Assembly: GCA_963811165.1 (NCBI GenBank) | Contig: CAWEQH010000009.1 | Span: 1 to 64,000, forward strand | Direction: 5' to 3' | Source: an uncultured Nitrospiraceae bacterium | GTDB lineage: Bacteria > Nitrospirota > Thermodesulfovibrionia > Thermodesulfovibrionales > UBA6898 | DNA: 64,000 nucleotides | Part shown: piece by piece, positions 19,464 to 28,120 of the stretch | Position numbering within the stretch: the stretch's first letter is position 1 | Layout: each line of letters starts with the position of its first letter | Position numbers and translations under genes: made by a program | Notes under the pieces: model-generated | Seen by the model: only the letters and a program-made list of their open reading frames with translations | What the model was told of the DNA's origin: nothing | Databases searched by the model: none

Positions 19464-20003
19464 TTTTCGCGTAATTTCAAATGTTCTTCTTCTGTTATAG
19501 AACCGTTTTCCTTTAAATCATCACATTCTTTTAAACGTTCTTCAACCGTTTTTTCGCGGATGGCCGTTGGCGGCGGTGAAGGCGCAGGTTCGAGTGATTC
19601 AACGAGGAGGGATAGGTTTTAGTTCAACCAGCTTGATTACTACAGGATTTGGTTTTAAGTCGTACATGGCACCGGAACCGGCATCAACAGCAGCACCTAT
19701 TAATCCGCCAAACAACACATTGCCTGCCATTCCTGCGCTACCACCACCTGAAATCTGTGGGGTTATATTCACCTCAACCGGTTCGTAGCCTTCACGTTCT
19801 ATTTTTACAACACATGCCTCTTTTCTTTTCATTTTTAATGAACATGGCGTTTTGCATATTAAGCCGTTGGATAATCTCGCTTCTGCACTTGGCGGGTCTG
19901 TTTCAATAACGAGCGTGTCGTTAGAGCCGCGTGTTATGGTAGCACAAGCCGAAGTTAAAGCCATCAAGCAGATGATAAGAAGACCCCTTAGAATTCTTTG
20001 CAT
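19445..20003 (-). CDS. PEGA-domain lipoprotein with a C-terminal SHOCT domain (frameshift near 19605)
   Basis: Lipobox TSAC-ATITRG, PEGA-like region, Gly-rich helix GNVLFGGLIGAAVDAGSGA. The shifted frame continues EPAPSPPP...VEERLKECDDLKENGSITEEEHLKLREKILTDL*. Confidence 0.75.
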
Positions 20004-20172
20004 AAATCCCCCCTTAAACTGTATTTAGGCTATTTGTTATCCCCTCAGAACTACCCAAGTTTATACATTAAATAATTTTAATGTCAATGAAGTACCAGGG
20101 TGAGTATGTTTTTGAGGCTGCAAGTTGAAGTCGTTATTCCGCCCTCAGAACTTTGGAGATTAAGGTCAAACA

Positions 20173-20275
20173 GACCGGAATTAAACCGTTTCCTCTTGAC
20201 ACTGATCGGGCGGAGGGGTATAAAATAGCGTTAGGTGACGGGGAGAATGGGTAATAAAAGGGGAGGAAAGTTCAT
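20173..20275 (+). promoter_or_regulatory. Flank B copy 2, containing a sigma70 promoter and RBS
   Basis: TTGACA (20196) - 17 bp - TATAAA (20219), then GGGAGG and ATG. Confidence 0.75.
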
Positions 20276-20316
20276 GATGTTCGCTACAGCACCTTCTTTC
20301 AATCTCCGCAGACAAG

Positions 20317-21015
20317 TCAGCTCAATAAGGCTTTTATTGATTCGTTCAGCAGGGGATCAAGGATATATAGGGGAACAAATACTTCATACCTACCCTCCGC
20401 GTACGAACCTACTTGATATGGGTCAAAAAACACACGGATGCCGCCCCTCGTAAAGACAAAATGTTTGTAATTTCTATAATACGGCGCTGCGCCCGATAGA
20501 ATCCATGCATCTTCCTTGTTCATTAGCTCTTTGGCTCGTTCATTAGTGTCATGAAAACGAAGTGGCTGCTGCCTATGTAAATCCGCCACGCAATACTGGG
20601 ACAGAAGCTTGAGGTAATTGCTTGATGCCTTGAATACGGCCTTCAGTTCCAGGCGTAATGACGGATGAAGCTGAAAGTTTAAAGTGCGGGTGTGCATGTT
20701 GGGATGCATTCCCATCGCATAATAGCTCATAAACTCAAACTCTATTGATAACAATTTAGGAGTGTATAGTGAAATGTTGTGCGAGATCGACAATTCATCC
20801 CACGCCGCTACAGTCACCTTTTTCATCTCATCCTTCTCCACTGAGCGTGCAATCGCCTCCGCACGGAACCGATCTAACGTATCCGTAATAAAGGTAGTGA
20901 TGCAGAGATTTGTCGCCGCATCTGCTGTTGAATCGTCAGTGGCAACTTGCGGATAGTCGGCTTCAAAGGAATACGAGTATTGGTCGCTGTACTCTTTCAT
21001 TTGTAGGTATTTCAA
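20317..21015 (-). CDS. RsiV/DUF3298(+DUF4163)-domain protein; probably the C-terminal part of a fusion with the upstream HNH
   Basis: ADYPQV, LLSIEF...Y..GMHPN..TRTLNF, F.FT..GIRVFFDPYQVGSYAEG.YEVFVP; no signal peptide or TM segment seen. Confidence 0.8.
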   Translation of the reverse strand: MKYLQMKEYSDQYSYSFEADYPQVATDDSTADAATNLCITTFITDTLDRFRAEAIARSVEKDEMKKVTVAAWDELSISHNISLYTPKLLSIEFEFMSYYAMGMHPNMHTRTLNFQLHPSLRLELKAVFKASSNYLKLLSQYCVADLHRQQPLRFHDTNERAKELMNKEDAWILSGAAPYYRNYKHFVFTRGGIRVFFDPYQVGSYAEGRYEVFVPLYILDPLLNESIKALLS

Positions 21016-21344
21016 AGCGCGCGTTGCTCCAGTGTCGGTGACCGCTGGTTGTCCGGCCTATGCTCCTTGTCTCGGTTCACAGAGACTCTTCTTACCCAAT
21101 CTGCCTTATACAAAACTATTTGCGCGGCGTTCAACTTTCGATCGAATCCACCGCAACTGTGTATCGCGGTGGCATTCCATACAGAGAACAGCCAAATTGT
21201 CAGCTCCATTATTGGTTGGATTGTCATCTATGTGATGAATTTGTACTGGCCTACGGCGTTCACGACAGACACAGCAAGTTGGTGGACTCAAAGAGCAACT
21301 GTGCAGCGCGGTCTGGCGGAATTTCACTCTGCTTTTTGGGTCAT
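21012..21344 (-). CDS. HNH endonuclease domain (frameshifted)
   Basis: Stitched frames read EIPPDRAAQLLFES..TCCVCRERRRPVQIHHIDDNPTNNGADNLAVLCMECHRDTQ..GGFDRKLNAAQIVLYKADW. Confidence 0.8.
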
Positions 21345-21614
21345 CTTGCAGCGTTGCTCAATCCACCTAGAGTTGTATAGTTTCTGCTCATCTTCGCAAA
21401 TTCTATCATAGCCCCTCAGGATTTTGACAGATTTCGTATTCTTCAAACTGGATATCATGCCTTTTCAAGTGAAAGCAGCATCCAGCAAGGTAACTTTATT
21501 AAAAAGAAATAAAGTCTTGTCTTTAGCATGTGTAACGTATTATCATTAATCACTTTTTACAATATGGGGATAGAGAACAAGTGGCCCTTGCGAGGTCCGA
21601 CGTTGGAAACGAAG

Positions 21615-22365
21615 ATGAAAAGAGTGGGTCTCAAGATGCAAGACCCGACTACATTTGTAGGGTCAGTGTATATTAATACATCTGTCGCTCACAGGAGCTT
21701 GGCATCGCGCCTATATCAATATGTAGCGTGTATATATGAAGATGATTCTATTTCTCGTGCTCAAAATGCTATTGTGGCTTCTCATATCGGCACACCTATA
21801 CATTTTGTACAGTTAGTTCTTGCAATGGAGGACAAGCGTTTCTGGATTCATCCGGGATTCGATCCGATTGGAATTGGTAGGGCAATGCTAATGAAAACGC
21901 TCAGGAAAGGGCGCCGGCAGGGGCAAGCACGATTCCCGAGCAGATTGTGAAACTTAGACGCAAGCAAACTGGACCTACAGGCGTTGTTCGACGCGCTTTA
22001 AGAGCTGTAGCTGCTATTTCGCTTACTTTTCACGAACCGAAAGTGGATATCTTAGTGGAATATTTACAACGTGTTTATTTGGGTGGCTCTTCTTATGGCG
22101 TTGCATCCGCCAGTCAGTCGTACTTTCATTGCTCCCATTCCGAATTAACACCATCTCAGGCTTTTTTTATTTCTTAGCGATCGCCTTGCCGAATAAGTGG
22201 AGATCCGCTCGGCTTGTCAATGCGCTTCAGAGGCAGCGTATTCGCACACTTATAGGCGATGACCTCAAAAACCTATCACTAATTTACGGCAAGTTCTTTG
22301 GCCCCAATGCAGAATCGGAGGTATATAGAATTTGCTTTGCAACAACAAAGACCAATGAGAGCTGA
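21615..22365 (+). CDS. Stand-alone GT51 peptidoglycan transglycosylase-like protein (two frameshifts; start uncertain)
   Basis: Motif 1 AMEDKRFWIHPGFDPIGIGRA. After the G-run at 21920-23: QGASTIPEQIVK, KVDILVEYLQRVYLG..SYGVASASQSYF...ELTPSQA. Confidence 0.8.
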
Positions 22366-22899
22366 AGAAGCACACGAAGCGGGCCGCCAAGGGGTGATAC
22401 GCGCCAGACATTTGCTGTGGCAAGTGTTGGGTGAGGCAATTGACCTTCCATTCAACGCTTATGATCATAGAGCAAAGCTTACATTTGACGAGATGAACGG
22501 CGCGATGAAACGCCAATTTTGTTTTGACCTTGGCGGGATATTGCGCAGTAGGAAACCCACGCGTGTCTAGGCCTGGAGGTAGTTGAAGTCTTTGTGGAGG
22601 TAAAGGCGTATCAGACAGGCACTGACCTGCTGTCGCAATATAGAGAATTCTTGCGACATGCTGCCATAGTGTCTTTTAACGATCGCCATAGGGACAGTTG
22701 GTTCATATTTCTGGCAAGCACCCCCTTTGGGAGTAGCGTTGGAGTGAAGCTGTGTGATGGGTCGTTTATGGAAGAAGCCAGAGAAACTTGGGATACTAAT
22801 TTGAAGGCGGTCTCAAAAGATCTTCATTCGAGGTCTTGTTTAATAATAGCTACGCAATCGTTTGAAAGATTATTGACTAAATGGGGCCGCGATGTCTGA
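22355..22899 (+). CDS. Putative PD-(D/E)XK restriction-endonuclease-fold protein (frameshift near 22565)
   Basis: N-terminal helix AHEAGRQG, then FDLGG, then in the shifted frame EVFVEVKAY (D...ExK); start overlaps the upstream stop. Confidence 0.6.
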
Positions 22900-23944
22900 T
22901 TTTACACTACTTGTAAATCGAGCAAATACATGGGCGGAGTACTACGGTGCCTTCAAGGATGCTTACCGTTACTTACTTGAAGACAGCTTGGCCTTAGGTA
23001 ATGCGGGTTTTGCACAACAGCTTCATCACACTGCAATCCCGGACGTTACGGGAACGATGGTCGGATCTCTCAATTGGTCTGTTTACTCACAACCTTCTCC
23101 CCAAACTTTGCAAGCTTTTTTGCCAGTTTTTCGAGATTTACTGAAGGCCGAGCCTCACCGCATTCGCAGTAGCCGCTATCTTTTTTTTGTCACTGAGGGG
23201 TCTCCTTTATCGAGGGTTGCCATCAAGTCGGCTTTGGGAGAGTTGGGAAACATAGTTGATTTCTGGTGCGGATCTCTCGATACAACAATATCATTATCCA
23301 AACAATATGCGCTTCCGCTTAGTTTAGACGCTCTTCTCGGCGATGGCACATTGCTCGATGGGTACCTATCGAGTCACTCACCATACTTGGAAGACAGTCC
23401 GGTGGATTTCCTTGCTTCTTTTCGAAACTACTTTAGAGCATCTCCCTGTCGAGACTTCTATTGCACCGCGACCTATCCGAAGACCCCTGATCGATTCATC
23501 TTTTATTCTAGCCTCATTCAAACTGAATATTGATCCCGAACGGGTCGTGGCCATGATGGGCACTGACATAGGCATATCTCGTATATGGCATCAAATAGAG
23601 CTAAAGCTTCCAATTGGCAAGCTGAAACTGTTGCCTATTGTGAACGCATCTTATTGTTAAGTCCTCCTAAGGTCATCGAATATACTGTGGAACCTGGCGA
23701 TATTCTTTCCAGGATTGTCCGAAAACATTACGAGATGTCATTTTCACTGCTATGGCCCCTTATCCGAATACTGAATCCAGACATTTCTGATCCGAATCGT
23801 ATCTTCGCTGGGCAACAAATTCGGCTCCCTGACTTATCGCTGGAAAAAAATACACTTCGGAGTCGGAAGGATGAAGCGACCCATGGAATTCAGGGATATG
23901 TCTTAATTGCGGTGAAAAGGAAAAGCTTCAGTTGCGTTATCTAG
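22892..23944 (+). CDS. Unknown N-terminal domain plus C-terminal LysM domain (probably one gene with two frameshifts)
   Basis: YTVEPGDILSRIVRKHY......IRILNPDISDPNRIFAGQQIRLP is a LysM motif; frames 22892-23533, 23343-23660 and 23585-23944 overlap in sequence. Confidence 0.7.
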
Positions 23945-24046
23945 TGGCACTGTTACTTGCGCAATCTTCATTGTATCTAGAATTAAGAATGGTCGTCATA
24001 TGCAGAAAGAGATGTCGTTTATTATTGGACGAACTCCACTCGACAA

Positions 24047-24098
24047 CAGATGAAACGTTTTGAATGGGCCTATAAGGGCGAACTCGAACAGTCCTATC
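24047..24098 (+). pseudogene. Duplicate of the first ~50 bp of tag
   Basis: cagatgaaacgttttgaatgggcctataagggcgaactcgaacagtcctatc closely matches 25908-25959. Confidence 0.8.
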
Positions 24099-24286
24099 TG
24101 AAGGACGCCGATGGGTACAATGTCTGTGCCGAAAACTGTTATGATGTACTGATTTCAATCTACAATATCTTAGTGGTGAGCAGTGGCAGCGATGCAGGCA
24201 AGGAAAGCACTCTATGAAAGGAAGGTCGGCAGGAAGATGACGAAGTTTCGGCGGAACAAGGTATCGAACCTCGCCCTCAACTTATC

Positions 24287-24937
24287 ATGAGACAGGCACT
24301 CAACGATCAGGAGCGTATGCAGCTTGACCGGCGAACGGCCGAGGCAGAGAAGCGCACCGGCGCGCAGATCGTTCTTGCGGTCATCGAACGCTGCGACACA
24401 TACCCCGAACTGCCGTGGAAAGCCTTCGCTCTGGCAGCGGCTGTAGCAGGTTTGCTTGTTTCCGCGGCAAATTTGTTCCGGCCCGGCTGGGCTTCAGGCA
24501 CGGCGGTGCTGTTCTCCGTTGTCGCAACCCTTGCGGCAGGGGCCGCTGCCGCATTGTTCTGTGTCTTTTTTCCTAAGTTCGGCCGGCTCTTTCTTGACGC
24601 CCACCGCGCAGAGGCGGAGGTGAGGCAATATGCCGATTCACTTTTCCTTTCGCGGGGACTCTTCGCCACCCGCGGACGTACAGGAGTTTTGGTGCTCGTC
24701 GGCCTGTTTGAGCGGCAGGTCGTCATTATTCCCGACACCGGGCTTCGCGAACGCCTCAAACCGGACGCCCTGCAAGTGATAGTTTCACAGATGACGACTG
24801 CCCTTTCATCCGGCAGGGTCGCCGCTGCGCTGGAAGATGGGCTCACAGCTATCGAACAGGCCCTGTCCGCCTCCGCACCTTCAGCCTCTCAGGAAAACGA
24901 ACTTCCCGATGAGGTCGTCGAGGAGAAAGGCACATGA
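24287..24937 (+). CDS. TPM-domain membrane protein
   Basis: AEKRTGAQIV, two TM helices, TRGRTGVLVLV.LFERQVVIIPDTG. Confidence 0.85.
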   Translation: MRQALNDQERMQLDRRTAEAEKRTGAQIVLAVIERCDTYPELPWKAFALAAAVAGLLVSAANLFRPGWASGTAVLFSVVATLAAGAAAALFCVFFPKFGRLFLDAHRAEAEVRQYADSLFLSRGLFATRGRTGVLVLVGLFERQVVIIPDTGLRERLKPDALQVIVSQMTTALSSGRVAAALEDGLTAIEQALSASAPSASQENELPDEVVEEKGT

Positions 24938-25885
24938 AGCAGGCCTTGAGGTTTGCCGTGCTGGCGAGTATTTTTCGCGGTGGCGATGTTTGCTCAAGCG
25001 GCGGACGTCCCTTACCTGTCTGGCCGCATCACCGACAACGCGGAAATTCTTTCTCAGGCAAAGCGCCAGTCGCTGACCGAACTCCTCAAGGCCCATGAAG
25101 ACAAAACCGGCAATCAGATCGCCGTCCTCACGGTGACCACGCTGGGCGGCCAGAGCATCGAGGAATACGCTACCGCAGTCTTCGATGCGTGGAAGCTCGG
25201 TCAAAAAGGCAAGGACAACGGCGTACTTATTATCGTGGCTCCCACCGAGCGGCGCATGCGCATTGAAGTGGGCTACGGTCTCGAAGCCACACTCACCGAT
25301 CTCCTGGCCGGCAGGATCGTAAGCAACATTATGACGCCCAGATTCAAGACAGGGGATTATGACGGAGGGGTTGAAGCCGGCGTAATAGCCGTTATCACAG
25401 CCCTGGAGGGAGGCGAGGTGCCCGCGGTGGCGAAAACAGGCCCCGACACACAAAAGTCATCCGGCTTTCATATAGATGCACCGGACATGCCGCTCACTCA
25501 GCGCATCCTTTTCGGTGCCTTCACCTTCGGCATTATCGGACTTTTTACCGTGATGGGCGTCGTTACCCCTGGGGTCGGTTGGTTCCTTTACTTCTTCCTC
25601 ATCCCTTTTTGGGCGATGTTCCCGATCGTAGTCGTCGGGACAAGAGGCGCCTTTTACCTGCTCATCACTTATGTCATCGTATATCCCATCGCCAAGCTGC
25701 TGCTCAGAAACACCGACTGGTATAAGAAAGCCGCTACGGATCTTCGCACCAAAGGCCATGCCTCCATAGGCGCCTTCTCGATCTCGTCCGGCGGGAGTTC
25801 GTGGAGTTCGGGGTCTTCCGGCGGGGGAGGTTTTTCAGGAGGCGGCGGGTCTTCAGGGGGAGGGGGCGCCTCCGGCGGCTGGTAG
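24934..25885 (+). CDS. TPM/YgcG (DUF477) protein with a Gly/Ser tail (probable frameshift in the signal peptide)
   Basis: GRITDNAEILS, WKLGQKGKDNGVL, RIEVGYGLE, GGFSGGGGSSGGGGASGGW. Confidence 0.9.
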
Positions 25886-25910
25886 TCTTCGATAGTTCAT
25901 TAAACAGCAG

Positions 25911-26468
25911 ATGAAACGTTGTGAATGGGCAAATAAGGGCGAACTTGAACGGTCCTATCACGATAATGAATGGGGCGTGGAGATCCACGACGACAGGACG
26001 CTGTTTGAATTTCTTATTCTGGAGGGCGCGCAGGCTGGACTTAGCTGGTCTACTGTCCTTCGGAAGCGGGAAGGCTACAGGAAAGCTTTTGATAATTTCG
26101 ATGCGCGGAAAATCTCCAGATACTCTGAGAGCAAAGTAACCCGGTTGCTCACCAATCCTGAAATCATAAGAAACAGACTCAAAATTAATGCGGCGATCAC
26201 TAACGCCAAAGCGTTTCTTAAGGTGCAGAAGGAATTCGGGAGTTTTGATAAATACATTTGGCAATTCGTTGATGGTCGGCCTGTCCAGAACAGATGGAAA
26301 AGAATGACGGATATCCCTTCGAGCACCCCTCAATCTGATGCCATGAGCAAGGATTTGATCAGGAGAGGATTCAAATTCGTCGGAACGACCATCTGTTATG
26401 CGTTCATGCAGGCAGTAGGCATGGTAAACGATCATGTCGTAGACTGCTTCAGGTACAGGGAACTGTGA
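25911..26468 (+). CDS. tag: DNA-3-methyladenine glycosylase I
   Basis: RCEW, YHDNEWG, LEGAQAGLSW, IIRNRLKI, GFKFVG.TICYAFMQAVGMVNDH..C. Confidence 0.97.
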   Translation: MKRCEWANKGELERSYHDNEWGVEIHDDRTLFEFLILEGAQAGLSWSTVLRKREGYRKAFDNFDARKISRYSESKVTRLLTNPEIIRNRLKINAAITNAKAFLKVQKEFGSFDKYIWQFVDGRPVQNRWKRMTDIPSSTPQSDAMSKDLIRRGFKFVGTTICYAFMQAVGMVNDHVVDCFRYREL

Positions 26469-26866
26469 TTATGAACAGCGAGATACCTCGGAGATTTCCG
26501 ATTCTCTTCGATAAGTGGTATGGGATTTTGTCGTGCGCATTATTTTTGGCTCCTTCGAAATGCTATATCGAAGTAGACGGTGATCAGGTCTCTGTCCAAA
26601 TGGGTTGGGCATTTCGGACCCGCTTCCCGCGATCGGCAGTGGCCGCTGTCGCGGAAACGGGTAAGCACCCGATCAGTCGTGGGGTGCATGGATTTGGGGG
26701 CCGGTGGTTGGTGAACGGATCGGGACAGGGAATCCTGGCGATTGACCTCACGCCGACTCACCGTGGATACGTCATGGGCTTTCCGGTTCGTTTGCGGCAA
26801 CTTATGGTGAGCGTAGCCGACCCCGCGGCGCTGGCAGCGATGCTCGGGAACGAAAAGAAAGCATAA
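26465..26866 (+). CDS. Hypothetical protein
   Basis: Coupled to tag; VQMGWAFR, GVHG..GRWLVNGS. Confidence 0.7.
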   Translation: MIMNSEIPRRFPILFDKWYGILSCALFLAPSKCYIEVDGDQVSVQMGWAFRTRFPRSAVAAVAETGKHPISRGVHGFGGRWLVNGSGQGILAIDLTPTHRGYVMGFPVRLRQLMVSVADPAALAAMLGNEKKA

Positions 26867-26877
26867 CGATCCAACTG

Positions 26878-26906
26878 CCGGCGCGCTTACTTTGCGGGAA
26901 TGACAA
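26878..26906. repeat. Half copy of the REP-like repeat also seen at 16656-16684
   Basis: ccggcgcgctt..ttgcgggaatgacaa. Confidence 0.65.
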
Positions 26907-26984
26907 CGTCGCCCTGGCCATCCCGTTACGCTTAGTTCCGGCGCGGGAACGCCGATATGCTCTCCCTGGCTCCGACCCTATTTC

Positions 26985-27179
26985 TCACACAAGTATCTTC
27001 TTTACACGTCCCACTTCTCCGCTTTGAAGACGTACCTTAATGCCGTGCGGATGATTGGGAGATTTAGTGAGGATGTCTTTTACAATCCCTTCCGTGAGCT
27101 TCCCGGTCCGCTGGTCCTGTTTGAGCACGATAGATACGCGCAGGCCTGGTTTTATATCGATACGCTTAGTTCCATCCAT
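26985..27179 (-). CDS. YwbE/DUF2196 family protein
   Basis: IVLKQDQRTGKLTEGIVKDILTKSPNHPHGIKVRL..G.VGRV. Confidence 0.9.
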   Translation of the reverse strand: MDGTKRIDIKPGLRVSIVLKQDQRTGKLTEGIVKDILTKSPNHPHGIKVRLQSGEVGRVKKILV

Positions 27180-27232
27180 ATGTAGGACATTATAAAACAT
27201 CTTTAATAGACTGTGGTGAGACTGTGGGAGAT

Positions 27233-27260
27233 TTGACAATCGTTCAAAACCCGATAGAAT
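27233..27260 (+). promoter_or_regulatory. Sigma70-like promoter of the oxidase operon
   Basis: TTGACA - 16 bp - TAGAAT. Confidence 0.55.
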
Positions 27261-27310
27261 TTATGTAATAGGATTTTGCCTTTTTTTATTTGGGCGTGAC
27301 GAGGTAAGGA

Positions 27311-28108
27311 TTGGAAAAAACAATATCTGTCGTTTTCCTGCTGACACTTTTTCTGATGGGAAATGTCCGGGCCGTTCAGGCCGCTTACCCGGAAGCCGCC
27401 CTGGATGAAAAGCCAGGCAGCGTCATACCGCTCGATCTGACCTTTCAGAGCGAAGAGGGGAAGAATGTTTTGCTCAGGGACCTGATCGACAGACCGACAG
27501 TCCTTATGCTTGTTTACTATGACTGTTCGCATCTCTGCCCGCAGATGCTGGCAGGTCTTTCGAAATCGCTCGGCGACCTTCAGCTCGTGGCCGGGAAGGA
27601 CTATAGAGTGATCACGCTAAGCTTCGACGATACGGACAAACCTGCGGAGGCGCTTGCGCAGAAACGAAATTACATAAGGGCGATAAACCGTCCCTTCCCT
27701 CAAGACGCCTGGCACTTTCTCACCGGCGACAAAGATACTATAAGAAAGCTGTCTGATGCCGTGGGGATCAGGTTTAAAAAGGCAGGACACGGCTTTATCC
27801 ATCCCGAAGTCCTGATCTTCATTTCTGCCGGGGGAGTAATTACGAAGTACATGCATCTCCCGAGATTCAATTATGGGGTGGCTGACCCCATGGTCTTTTC
27901 CGCGTTGGGTCTTAAGGATGCTTTCATCGAGGCGTCTATGGGAAAGGTGTCGACCGGCGGCAGGGTAACGCCGATGTACTGCTTTCTTCATGAGCCGCCA
28001 AATCAGGAAAAATTCTTCAATATGTTGAAAGTATCGGGGACCCTTACGGTCCTGACCCTTTTTCTGCTCTTTGTGTATCTGAAGGGGCAAAAAAGGACCG
28101 AAAGATGA
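27311..28108 (+). CDS. SCO1/SenC copper chaperone
   Basis: YYDCSHLCP (CxxxC), WHFLTG, conserved His in FIHP; first gene of the cox operon. Confidence 0.9.
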   Translation: MEKTISVVFLLTLFLMGNVRAVQAAYPEAALDEKPGSVIPLDLTFQSEEGKNVLLRDLIDRPTVLMLVYYDCSHLCPQMLAGLSKSLGDLQLVAGKDYRVITLSFDDTDKPAEALAQKRNYIRAINRPFPQDAWHFLTGDKDTIRKLSDAVGIRFKKAGHGFIHPEVLIFISAGGVITKYMHLPRFNYGVADPMVFSALGLKDAFIEASMGKVSTGGRVTPMYCFLHEPPNQEKFFNMLKVSGTLTVLTLFLLFVYLKGQKRTER

Positions 28109-28120
28109 TAAGGGGGCGAA

